Source: Amoebophrya sp. A120 (Eukaryota > Protista > Dinoflagellata). Taken from it: a stretch of DNA of 64,000 bases. Below the pieces are notes generated by a model. That model was not told the DNA's origin. It saw only the letters and a list, made by a program, of their open reading frames with translations, and ran no database searches. The stretch is from contig CAJINV010000024.1 of NCBI GenBank assembly GCA_905178155.1, positions 243,964 through 307,963 of the forward strand, given 5' to 3'. Shown here in pieces: positions 22,197 through 33,863 of this stretch. The position numbers were made by a program, and so were the translations under genes. The first letter of the stretch is position 1. Each line of letters starts with the position of its first letter.

Positions 22197-22722
22197 ATGA
22201 GCAGGATGGCGCTCCTTTTCCTGCTGCCCCGCATCCGCAGCCGGAGCTGTTGCGCGCGGCGCGTTTTCATCTTCTTCCTCGTGTTATTCCGGCAGCCTGT
22301 AACCGGTTCTGGCGGCGCAGCAGAACGAGCGGCAGTGGCTGCCTCGTGCGCAGAGTTGGCTGGTGCTGCAAGCATGATCTTCCGAACAGCGGAAGGGAGT
22401 ATTTCTGCGGGACGGCGTGGCGCCGCAGAAGATGTTGATGGTCCTCCTCCGCACGCGTTCTCCACCCACATCAAAGGTCCGCATTGCCTGCGTCGGAGCG
22501 TCTGTCTGGAACAAAATAAATCTACCGCGGTGCTGGCCACCGAGGAAAATGCAGGCCGTCCGGATGCACCAAACGAAGCTGCTCTCAAGCTGCTCTATTT
22601 TCGATTGCCGATATTAGAACAGCAGACCCCGCCGTGGCACCACTGCAGCTCCCGCCGGGGACCACCCTGTCGCAGCTGAACAATACCGAGGTCACGGGCC
22701 GCGCAAGCGTGGATCACCAAAA
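22197..22722 (+). pseudogene. Truncated copy of exon 1 of the GT61-like gene at 33864
   Basis: LLFLLPRIRSRSCCARRVF...HIKGPHCL..SVCLEQNKSTAV matches 33864-34420; frame disrupted near 22640-22680; breaks off at a dispersed repeat. Confidence 0.75.
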
Positions 22723-22727
22723 GGAGA

Positions 22728-22873
22728 CTGCGCGATGGGGTCCTCACACGTGGGGCGGCGTGAAATTTTTTTTTCCAGGTAAAAAACAAGTCTGAAGTCC
22801 TGGCAAATTTGCAAAAATGACCGGAAAATAGGTTTCCGGTTTGCTGCCCGCGGCTGCCTAAAGACCTAAACCC
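22728..22873 (+). repeat. About 145-bp dispersed repeat ending CCTAAAGACCTAAACCC, copy 1
   Basis: Near-identical to 43097-43243; homology resumes at about 22950-23030 versus about 43246-43330. Confidence 0.85.
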
Positions 22874-23070
22874 TCAGGTAGTAATGGAAATAAAGTGCTA
22901 CCTCTCAATAAACGTATTTTTATGAGTCAATCAATCACGCATTTCACTTCTCACTACAGGCTGGCCTCGAACGGAAAGATAGTGGACGGGTTTCGCGAAC
23001 AAACATATCAGAGGGAAAAATCTCCCCGTATTGCTGTTGCTGTTGGTGGTATCATCTGCAAACCGGCTTT

Positions 23071-23331
23071 TATGAATTGCAAATATGTCTGGGTCTGTAA
23101 GGATGCGAACTTGTCATGCAGATTTTACATGGCCCGTGACGTCTGTGATGTATTCCCTGGCATCACAGGTTTTCTGACTGCTTCTTGATGCGTATTCCGC
23201 ATGACAAATGACCTCTCCGCGTAGCAGAAACTGGACGCCTCTTGCTGATCATGCAATACAGATTTTTCTAGAATCCAAAGTTAGCATCACAAGTTCCAAC
23301 TTTTCAGACCCAGACACTTTTGTAGTTGATA
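23071..23331. mobile_element. Introner/MITE, family A
   Basis: TATGAATTGCAAATATGTCTGGGTCTG...CAGACCCAGACACTTTTGTAGTTGATA, direct repeat (DR) GCTTT/GCTTT; empty paralogous site at about 37616-37640. Confidence 0.92.
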
Positions 23332-24074
23332 GCTTTTTTTCGACGACAACGTATCATCTGCAGCGAGGTGAAGTACTGCGGTTCGCTGTTCGACTCGGAG
23401 GAGAGCAACGCAATGCGGTGGAAGCACGCGCCGGAACAAACGGAGCCGCGGGACAAAGCGGCTCTCGCCGCCGCCCCGCCTGCAGCGCTGTTTGGGTGGG
23501 AAAATCACGGATTGCTCAACGAGAAGTAAACGACGTACTTCCTACGTCGGCGGCAAGGAGACGCGGGACAGGCTGACACTCCAAGGCGCAGCCGAATTAT
23601 CAGCGCTGCCGCTGCTGCGGGGCAAGAAAGCAGGACAGTTGGAGGACGGCTATCCACTAGAAAAAACCCTCGCGCCGCTACTGAATGGCAACAAGGATTG
23701 GCGGCAAGCTGCACATGGTGAGGCATAATTTTCAGGGGTTCAATCATTGATCACAAAACGCAGTGTTTTTTTCGTAGTAAGTGCCACTCCTTTCGCTTTT
23801 GGTTTCAGTGCGATGAAATAAGTTCGTTTGATTTATTTCAGGAAAAATTTTTCTCTGCTCTTTCTAAAAACAAAATGTAGTGAGGCTAAAAAGTAGGACT
23901 GTGGGCTGCCAGAGGACCTGCTGCCGAGCCCGAAGTGTATTCGCCCAAGTGAGTACTACCGACCCACCAAGAACATCGAAACGGAGGCTGATGTCGTGCC
24001 GACGGAGAAAAATCAGCCTCTGGCCAAAGGTGGCACAGCCAGGGAGGACGACGGCAGTACGATCAGCGCTGCCG

Positions 24075-24885
24075 CAAGGCATTTTTCATCTTCACCCTCC
24101 TGTTCTTCCGGCAGCTTCTCACCGGTTCTGGCGGCGCAGAGGAACGTTCCGCAATGGGTTCCGCGTACGCGAAAATGGCTGCTGCAAGCATTATCTTCCC
24201 AACAGTGGAAGGGAGTATTCCTGCGGGACGGCGTGGTGCCGCACAAGATGTTGATGCTCCTCCCCCGCTGCACCCGTTCTCCGCCCACATCTGCATCAAA
24301 GGCCCGCATTGCCTGTTTCGGAACGTCTGTCTGGAACAAAGTAAATCCGCCGCGGTGCTGGCTGCCGAGGAAAGTGGAGGCCGTCCGGATGGTGCACCAA
24401 ACGATGCTGGTCTCAAGTTGCTCTATTTCCCAGCGCCGAAAGAACAGCTGACTCCGTGGGACCACTACCATCTGGAGCATCTGCAGAACCAGCCTGGGAC
24501 CTGTCTCTCGCAGCTGAATACCGAGGTCACTGGCTACGCACGGGTGGATCACCAGAAAGGGATTGCGAATGGAGTCGTCCAGGATAGCGTGCCGGTTTAT
24601 CCAACAGAAAAGATGTTGAACTGCAATACAGCAGCACTATACATACTAGCGGACGTTTGTTGTTTTTGTCATGCACCATTCCGCTGTGCAGAACAGCTAA
24701 AGCACTACTCACTTCCAGCCCGCTCGTCGCTCAAAAAAGATATAATTTGTTCTTTGTACCGCCATCGCGTGATCTATGCTGACTTGTTTCCAATTTTTTT
24801 TCCATGTATACGGTCGTGGTGGTGCCACCCCCTGACTCTACTTCCAACGATGGTCGCAGTTTCATCGACAAAATCACCTCCCCAG
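24075..24885 (+). pseudogene. Partial duplicate of exon 1, intron 1 and exon 2 of the GT61-like gene at 33864
   Basis: High identity to about 33920-34752, including the degenerate TAT..ATA intron (24598-24810). Confidence 0.8.
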
Positions 24886-25915
24886 GCCAAAGGTGGCACG
24901 ACAACCAGAGACGACGGCAGTACGATCAGCGCTGCCGCAAGGAGGGACACCAGGAGCCGACGCCGTGATGTTCTGTGACCGCAGTGTCAAAGATCGGGAA
25001 TCGGAGCACAAATCGCTGCCCCCACCGTGAGGGAAGTCGTACAAATACGCCACTGCACCGAGGAGGACGACCCAGCAGCATGTCGCCTGGAACAAAATTC
25101 CACCACTGTGGCCGGAGACAGCGCAGGCTCAGCTGGAAACCAAACGACGCCCGTAGCCTCCTGTACTTCCGATCGCCGAAAGACCAGCTGGACCCGTGGA
25201 ACCACTACAATCTGGAGCATCTTCAGCTCCCGCCGGGGACCTCCCTCTGGAAGCTGAGTACCGAGGTCACGCGCTGCGTACGGGTGGATCACCAGAAAGA
25301 GATTGCGAGTGGAGTCGTCCAACACAAGCTGCCGGGTTATCAGACAGAAAAGATGAACTGCAAGAATACAGCACCACTATACAAAACATCTCTCATTCGC
25401 CTTCGGTATACAAATCATCTGTCATGCGTTTTTCTCACGGGCACCGCTGTGCAGAACAGCTTTTGCGGCATTTCTTCCTGTTCGCTCGCTCCAAAAAGCT
25501 ACAATGTTTTCGTTGCACTAATATGAACTGAAACATGATTGCGCAGCACTGTAAAACTGATTTTCAATTTCCTTTCCATTTCCCGGCTGATGGCGTGACT
25601 TTCCCAGCTGATGGCGGACGAACAGCGACGAAAGGAAGGCGCTTCGCAGTTGCCGATGCTGTGATGCGCAATACGTACCACACGACGACTACACGGAGCG
25701 GAGAAGCTGGCGCGGCTGAATTCGGAGCGAAAATCGCTAGTGCAACAGGTTCTACACGCTGCTCTACTTCCGCCGAAGCAGGAGTTACAACCCTGCAGCC
25801 GATCATTCGCTAGTGCGTGTCTGGAGCGCTACGCCCCGCCGTACAACTACCGGGTGGTGCAGCACGGAGGCGGGCAATAAAGTGCAACTGCAGCTCCCGC
25901 CGGGGACCACCCTCT

Positions 25916-26168
25916 TATCAAATGCAAAAATGTCTGGGTCTGTAAGACTGCGAGATTTGTCATGCTTGTCTGGGATGACCGAAAAGTTTGTGATGCGTGT
26001 CCAAGAAAAGACCCTTTTGCCTGTCATGCAAAAACGCAGTTTGTCATGCCAAAAACGCAACACAAAGAAGCGCAGATATTTCTCATGCTTCGCTGTGCAT
26101 TACAGATAATTCCCGATTCCCAACGCAGCATCACAAGTTTCCAGACCCAGACATTTTTGCATTTGATA
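25916..26168. mobile_element. Introner/MITE, family A
   Basis: TATCAAATGCAAAAATGTCTGGGTCTG...CAGACCCAGACATTTTTGCATTTGATA; DR CCTCT/TCCCT; empty site at about 34355-34378. Confidence 0.9.
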
Positions 26169-26269
26169 TCCCTCGCAGCTGAACCAGCACAAATCGCTGC
26201 CCCCACCGCGAGGGAAGTCGTTCGTGGTAGCTGCGAACTGGTGCGGTCGCGCAAAAACGAAAACCGAGG

Positions 26270-26960
26270 ATCAGAATGGTCACAGTAAAAACACCTACCT
26301 GACCGAGGATACTATCCCCGCAGAGGGCGAAACGGCGTCGCAGGTACAACGAGCGGTAAAATGGAGCCAAACTAACACGGAAGCCGATAAACAGCGCCGC
26401 GCTTTCCTAAATAAGCCGATAGCCAGATGTGATCCACCGCTGTATAGGGCGAGCGCGATGACAAGAGGTCGTGGAAAGGCAGAGAGCCACGAAGTGGAGA
26501 CCGATGCTGCCCGAGCGCTCGACAGGGAAGAGTACGCTGCCACACGACTGCTCCACGAGGAAGAACAGCGCTTCCTCGAGGGAGAAGCGGACGAGCATGG
26601 ATCGGGGCGCAACCGTGATCGTGCGCAAAACTATATGTCAAAAATGAAAATGTATCAGGCGAGCCTTTATGAAGAAAATCGAAATGGCCCGTCAACACCC
26701 ACAAATGGCAATGCAAGTAGCGCAGAGAGCTACAGCAGAACATCACACCCCGATGAACCTAAACGAGCAGACGGAGGTGCAGAAAAAAGTGGGCGCTCGG
26801 CGTCAGGTGGCCATGCCCAGGCTGCGGCTGGAACTACGACGACCAGATGCGAAAATAAATTGGCAAGACGACGAGGAGGAGGACTATACCATGCTACAAC
26901 CACACGGTAGGCAGTCTGTGGCCTTCATTCCGTTCATCTTCGGAGCGCGACTACAACGAG
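26270..26960 (+). pseudogene. Duplicated fragment of the low-complexity exon of the GT61-like gene at 47.1-55.9 kb
   Basis: EEEQRFLEGE..EHGS and YQASLYEENRNGPS peptides shared with 27911-28552 and 50084-50600. Confidence 0.75.
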
Positions 26961-27084
26961 GGCAAGTACTACTACCCGAAGATAGAAATAATCATCTGCC
27001 CGGTAAAAATGTATCGTCTGTCCGTGCTGGACCGGCGGGCGGACCGTTCCGCGATCTCGTTCTCGGACGGCGGGCGAGGCAGAA

Positions 27085-27237
27085 TATGGAATGCAAAAGT
27101 ATCGTACTAGTAGTAGTTGCATTACAAATTTGCTTAGCATGACAAATGAGATTTGTAGTGCTGTTTTACCTTGGAAAGGAGATTTGTCATGCCGAACAGC
27201 AATTACTACGAGTGCGGCATCACTTTTGCAGAGCATA
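27085..27237. mobile_element. Introner/MITE, family B
   Basis: TATGGAATGCAAAAGTATCGTACT...ACTTTTGCAGAGCATA; degenerate DR CAGAA/TAGAG. Confidence 0.75.
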
Positions 27238-27249
27238 TAGAGCGCAGTT

Positions 27250-28550
27250 CTGAGACGGTGGCTCCACACGGAACTTCTACACATGCAGCTGCTGATGTGG
27301 CCGCCACCAAAGCTGGAAATGAACAAAGCCACGTAAAAGTGCTGCCACCCAAGATGAACGGGCACCAAAGCAGTCGTGCCCAGTATGAGTACGGTCTGCT
27401 GATCCGGCGGTGGAGGCTGGACGAGGGTGACGAGAAGAACAAATCCTTCCCCTTATCGTAAGGAAAAATCCTCCCTCCCCGTATAGAAAAGGAAATTTGT
27501 GATGCTGATTTGTGACCACAGACGAGCTTCGTCTTGCGTACAAGGCAAACGGCTCCCATGTGGCCGCGCATGGTGCAGCGAGTCTGTCATGCGTTTCCGC
27601 CAATGTCAGACTTGTTTCTCATGCCCTGCTGCTAGCCGGAGGCGTAGTACCCAAATGGGCTTAGAATTATATGCCGACAAGCTCTTGGCGCAATAAAAAG
27701 CTCATTTGTGTACACGAATCCTGCAACACAAATTGTCTTTTGAATATGTGGAGGGGTCTTTTTTCACTTTGATACCCCTCCGGGTATGCGCTGGAAGAGT
27801 ATCTGCAGGAAAAACCGCGCCGGTCATCGGAAATATCCGAGCGGAGCTGCGTAGGTGGACAGTGTGAAGAAAACACGACGCAGGAGGCAGCAGATGACGT
27901 CACGGACCTCGTGCCCGAGAAGCATGGTCACAGTAAAAGCCACGACGACCATATCGTCGCAGGCAGCGGTAAAATGACGCAACTAAACACGGAAGTCGCA
28001 GATCTCGCCTCCCTAGCGGAGATCACGATAGCCAGAAATGATCCGCCGTATAGAACCACCAGCGCGAAGATGACAGGAGGTCGTGGACAGGCACAACCAA
28101 AACGCCACGAAATAGCAGAGACCGATGCTGGTCGTGCAAGACCAATCGACAGGGAAGAGGACGCTGCCACGCTGCTCGATGCGGAGGAGGAACAGCGCTT
28201 CCTCGAGGGAGAGGACGACGAGCATGGATCTTCGGGGCGCCACTACCGTGATCGTGCGCAAGAGTATATGAAAAAAATGGAACAGATATACCAGGCAAGC
28301 CTTTATGAAGAAAATCGAAATGGCCCGTCAACTTCACCCACAAATGGCAATGCAAATAGCGCAGAGACGAGCTACAGCAGAACACCACACGCACACCCCG
28401 ATAAAGAACGAGCAGACGGAGGTGCAGAAAGAAGTGGGCGCTCGACGTCAGGTGGCCAGGGCAAGGCTGCGTCTGGAACTACGACGACCAGATGCGAAAA
28501 TAAATTGGCAAGACGACGAGGAGGAGGGCTACACCCTGCTACAACACGGT
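27250..28550 (+). pseudogene. Second duplicated fragment of the 49.4-50.5 kb exons
   Basis: VLPPKMNGHQSS..YEYGLLIRRWRLDEGDEK and downstream peptides match 49410-50550. Confidence 0.8.
27454..27774. mobile_element. Introner/MITE, family D
   Basis: TATCGTAAGGAAAAATCCTCCCTCC...GGAGGGGTCTTTTTTCACTTTGATA; DR CCCCT/CCCCT; empty site at 49781-49800. Confidence 0.9.
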
Positions 28551-29037
28551 AGCTCCGCGATCTCGTTCTCGGACGGCGGGCGAGGCAGAATCTATGTGAA
28601 CAGAATCTATGTTGTACAGTAATCGAAAGAACCAGCACCGGAAAGACGGAATCACGACTCGGAAGAAACCTGATTCAAGAATCGAACGGAATCCTGATCC
28701 AAGAATCGTCGAACGCGCCAGACAGTCCTCCACTCGAAAGAACACTCGTGGCTTAGGGGCACAGGCGGGGGAATAGACATCTTCACCTTCCTCAAAAATT
28801 TTGAACTCGAAAAAGAAAACTGTGTTGAACCTCTGCTACTTTTTTATCTGACGCAAGCCAAAGGGGGCCACAAGAATGTGAGACTATGAATAAAAGATTT
28901 TGGATCGATACAACAACGGTGAATAGCCCCGTCCCGCGAGTTTATGTCTTTTGCTGTTTCGAAAAACCTTTGGCTCCGAAAATGTCTATTTTTCTTTGCC
29001 TGCACGTGTTACCTCCCACTTGAGTACCCCGACCAGC

Positions 29038-29095
<58 letters not shown>

Positions 29096-29602
29096 TTACC
29101 CAACAAAATTGTCGTTGTCTTCACACAAGTGACCACCACTCTATGCCTCTACTAGGTGGTACCGGGGGGCAGGAAAAAAGGCCGCGATACACAGCTCAAG
29201 AAGGGTGGAACTACACGGTCCACTTCTTTTCTCCACCTGTACTTGCACAGTGCAGGAACTGTACAATCGAAGAACGAACAAGACGAGCTGGCGCGGCGCT
29301 GATATTTGCATTCCCAGTTGAGGCTGGAAAGTGAATTTTGAAGTTTGACGCCTTTCGGAGGTATTCAGCAACGGTGTTAAAAATCGTTTGATGCTTTGCA
29401 TGGCACCAGTTCTTTATTCTGTATCTGATTCTTTTTCCGGGGGAGCAATTTTCCATCTATCTCCATCTATCACTTTCACTTGTGTAAAGACCTAAACGTA
29501 CATTAGCGGTAGAGTCGACTGGCGACGTCGCTCTTAGTCAGGAGGCTCTTGACCGCTGGAGGCTGTTTGGAGGAACAAGCGGAGCACGCGGCGCGTCGCA
29601 GC
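28551..29602 (+). repeat. About 1.05-kb segmental duplication, copy 1
   Basis: Aligns to 30618-31755 with indels. Confidence 0.9.
29038..29094. repeat. (AGT)19 microsatellite
   Basis: Perfect trinucleotide run, absent from the paralogous position near 31245. Confidence 0.95.
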
Positions 29603-29759
29603 ACCAGGACCGGATGCCGTGTTCTATGACTACGGCGGCAATCGAGAGTTTCGGACAATTCCGCGACCCCGTTCTCCGAGTCTCAACGAGGAACGGACGC
29701 TCCGCCACGGAGTAGCGCAGTAAGGGTTGCTGTCGCGAACCGTATCTCGCGTCCCCGGC

Positions 29760-30240
29760 TGACCTGCACAAGAACGCACGAGCGAACCCGCTAAAACAAA
29801 GGCGCCATGGGAAAGTATGCTCTTCGCGCGAGCGCGATCTCAGACCGACCGCAAGCTGCAATAGGCGCAGCATGCCGTAGTGCAGCACAGGCCGCTGCTA
29901 CGAGCAGTAGTATCGCGTCCCCGACCAACCCGCGCGAGACCAACGAGGCCGCTCCACTATCTAAAAGGCGCCATGGGAAAGTATGCTCTTCGCGCGAGCG
30001 CGATCTCAGACCGACCGCAAGCTGCAATAGGCGCAGCATGGCGCACTGCAGCACAGGCGGCTGCTGCGGGCCGTAGTGTCGCGTCCCCGACCAACCCGCG
30101 CGAGACCAACGAGGCCGCTCCACTATCCAAAAGGCGCCATGGGAACATATGCACTTCGCGCGATCGCGATCTCAGACCGACCGCAACCTGTGATACGCGC
30201 AGCATGGCGGACTGCAGCATAGGCGGCTGCTGGGAGCTGT
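29760..30240. repeat. 166-bp tandem repeat, about 3 copies
   Basis: GGCGCCATGGGAA at 29801, 29967 and 30133. Confidence 0.9.
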
Positions 30241-30462
30241 AGTCTCGCGGGAAAAGCGGGCGTTCTTGTGGACCCAGCACAAGGAACCGACCGCAAGACC
30301 ACGTGGTGGGCACAGAGAGATGGGCGCCGACTTTCTGCCACGTTCAGGACCTGGCGCCGTGTTCTAAGTAAGACTACACTCCCAGGGCGAGGAATGTGAC
30401 TGCTCTAAGTAGGTATGGTGCGCTTGCAATTCGAATTCGCTTCGCTATTTTGTTTTTATCGT

Positions 30463-30617
30463 CCCCCGTTGTGCCCCCGACGAGCCAGGCCTTTGCATTT
30501 TTACAACCCCCTTCGCCGTTTTTGCCCGCGGCAAAAATGACGCCCCCCAGAGTTATAGTCTGCAAATTCTGACGCTGACCCCCCGCCCTGTAGAGCCATT
30601 TGAATCTCTAGAAAGTC
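30463..30617 (+). repeat. About 150-bp dispersed repeat, copy 1 (copy 2 at 32279-32423)
   Basis: GTGCCCCC..GACGAGCCAGGCCTTTGCATTTTTAC...ATAGTCTGCAAATTCTGAC...GAGCCATTT..AT.T.TAGAAAGTC shared by both copies. Confidence 0.85.
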
Positions 30618-31755
30618 AGCTCCGCGATCTCGTTCTCGGGCAGTTCCGCGACTTCGGTCTCGGACGGCGGCAGCGGAAGAATCGAAAGAACCAGCACCGG
30701 AAAGACGGAATCGGTCGGAAGAAACCTGATTCAAGAATCGAACGGAATCCTGATCCAAGAATCGTCGAACGCGCCAGACAGTCCTCCACTCGAAAGAACA
30801 CTCGTGGCTTAGGGGCACAGGCGGGGGAATAGACATCTTCACCTTCCTCAAAAATTTTGAACTCGAAAAAGAAAATTATGTTGAACCTCTGCTACTTTTT
30901 TATCGGACACAAGCCAAAGGGGACCACAAGAATTGAGGAGCAGAGTTGAAGGTCTATTAACAGTACTTGCGATTATTTGTAGAAGTCTAGCGACATTTTT
31001 ATGTCGGAGTGACACGGGGCATAGCTTGTGGGTCGTGGGGTTCCAAGCCGATACGGTATCGAGCCAAAATCCGCAAAAATGCGCTGTGAGACTATGAATA
31101 AAAGATTTTGGATCGATACAACAAATCGGTGAATAGCCCCGTCCCGCGAGTTTATGTCTTTTGTTGTTCCGAAGAACCTTTGGCTCCGAAAATGTCTATT
31201 TTTCTTTGCCTGCACGTGTTACCTCCCACTTGAGTACCCCGACCAGCAGAATTGTCGTTGTCTTCACACAAGTGACCGCCACTCTATGCCTCTACTAGGT
31301 GGTACCGGGGGGCAGGAAAAAGGGCGCGATACAGGTACAGATTGATGAAGAAGGCAGCTCAAGAAGGGTGGAGCTACACGGTCCACTTCTTTTCTCCACC
31401 TGTACTTGCACAGTGCAGGAACTGTACTTACAATCCAAGAACGAACAAGACGAGCTGGTGCGGCGCGGATATTTGCATTCCCAGTTGAGGCTGGAAAGTG
31501 AATTTTGAAGTTTGACGCCTTTCGGAGGTAAGCAACGGTGTTCATCGTTTGATGCTATGCATGGCACCAGTTCTTTCTGTATCTCATTCTTTTTCCGAGG
31601 GAGCAATTTTCTATCTATCTCCATCTATCACTTTCACTTGTGTAAAGACAAACGTACATTAGCGGTAGAGTCAACTGGCGACGAGGCTGGCTCTTAGTCA
31701 GGAGGCTCTCCGCTGGAGGCTATGGGAGGAAGCGGAGCACGCGGCGGGTCGCAGC
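30618..31755 (+). repeat. About 1.1-kb segmental duplication, copy 2
   Basis: Aligns to 28551-29602. Confidence 0.9.
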
Positions 31756-33863
31756 TTTTTACAACCAGCACCTCGTCGACAGGATTTCGATTTACGGCGA
31801 AATACACCGTACTACACACACAGGGGCTGCTGGCACCAGAGGCGAAGGGTTTTTTCTTGTGGGCCGCCAAGTTCCTCTCAAGCGATGCCGGGGCTGCGTG
31901 TGTGTATTGAGACGATGGCGTTTATATGTATGTGTACGGGTCTGCTTTGTCCCCAGCCCTATGTTGACTCACTTGCAAACAAAAGCACTGTCCGTTGAAC
32001 AGACCGAGTTCAAGCACTACAGAAAAGGCGCGCCGCGCCACTAAAAGCTGCAGGGTGGCTTGTCATGCTGGGTCTGCCAGCAAAGTGCTGACTTTTGTAT
32101 GCAAATTCAAGACGCGGAGGAACGCGGTGTGAGCCACTGTGTATCTCATGAATGCACTCGATACAAGCAAGCTGCGCAAACACGGGGCCCTGGCGATCCG
32201 GCCTTGCGCAAATCTGGAGCCGCCCGAGCAGGCGCGAGCAGGAAACCGACTGTGCTTGTGGACCCACAAGCCACAAGGCCCCCGCTGTGCCCCCCGACGA
32301 GCCAGGCCTTTGCATTTTTACGACCCCCTCGCCATTTTTGCCGGCGGCAAAAACTACGGCGCCCCCCAGAATAGTCTGCAAATTCTGACCCCCCTGTTGA
32401 GCCATTTTAATTTATAGAAAGTCGCCCGGTTATTTTTAGGCTTGTGTGGTCAGCAACTACTTCGATTTCCAACTCGCCTTTTCAGGAACAAGCGGCAGCA
32501 CAAGGACGGCCGCAGCCGGGGCCGGAAAATCTAGGTATCCCGTCTCGCCTAAAAATATTTTCGTCTTTTAATTATAATTTGTGGCCCAAAAGCAGGTTCA
32601 GAGCAGCAGAGCGGCCGAGCGGAGCTGTGGCAGACGTGGCGCTACTTTTGTATATTTTCGTACGAGGACGAATAGAACCTGTATCTGCGCTGCGCTTGTT
32701 ACTGCCCTCAAGTTTATTCCATTTGCATTTCCGTAATTGATGATGAAAATGTACCGAAGTAGCCACAGTTCGTCCGCTTTATCATGTTTTGTATGCATAA
32801 AATTCATCTAAAAGGCCGGCGCTCTTCTTGAGTTTCTTAGCTTGTAAAAAAGTAGTTTTGCGATAGGGTACTATTAAGCACTCTAGTGGTTAATGAGCTT
32901 TCTTCTCGCACTGGCGCTCGAGCCATGATGCGTGCTGCTCTACGAAGAAGGTCTTCCTGCGAGGTTTGTCGTGTGTTCAAAAAAGATAGTAAAGCTGCGT
33001 ATCAAAAAATGCAAATGGCGAAGAGGCGATAGTGGATCATCATCATAGAGAATCAAATTGCTGCGTAATAAAGGACGTGTACCTCCTCTGAAAGAGATAA
33101 TGAGTAAATACTCCGTCGTGATAAAGTTGGATGTTTGTGTTGTGAGAACAAAAACTGCTCTTCACATTATGATTTTTCGACGTGCGCAAATGCCGGCAGG
33201 AGGCACGCGCGTCTTTCGGCACTCCATCGGTGAGAAGCCGATGCTGAATTTTTGTACTTCATAAAAAAATTTTTGATTGCAGCAGGAGCACTCGATAACA
33301 GTAAAAGTGCGAAAACAACCTTTAGTGCCGTGCAAAAACGGCTCTGCACGGCAAAAGTCGTGAGCGGTGACTGGAGCGGCCCTGGAGGAGCGTCGCGAAG
33401 CACAAGCCATCGGCGGTTCCTCCCGTTTTTTTCCTGCGAACTACGGAGGCAGACGGGGACTGCAACAGCTATGGCGTTTGCAGTATCAACATCTTCTTTC
33501 TTCACCAACACGGCCGCTTTCTTCACCAACACTTTGACGACGCCACAGAGGAAGTGCTGATCGACCAGCTGCTCATACACGACTAGCCACACGTAGAGGA
33601 AGAAATCGCCCAGCATGACGTCGTCGCAAGCGGGTGTTGCTCCGCAAGACATCACTTTGGTGCCGCAGCTGCTGTGCGTGCCTGAACCGTCGCTGACTTC
33701 CGTCCAGGACAACAGCGCGGCGAATTCATCTCGGCAATCCGGGACGAGGAGTGAGTGTTCTGCGACCATGACGGCGTACGGCAATCCGTCGTGGTGGAGC
33801 CACGTGATCATCTTGGAGGCGCTGTAAGCTCACGCGGTTTCTTCACTTCGGAACGTGAGCGGG

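Noticed and set aside
28951-29334. Poly-Ser/Thr protein
   Set aside because: Translation of an (AGT)n microsatellite that is absent from the duplicate copy.
33167-33811. 214-aa minus-strand ORF as a gene
   Set aside because: Part of it looks codon-biased, but there is no recognisable domain or supported structure; cannot be called.
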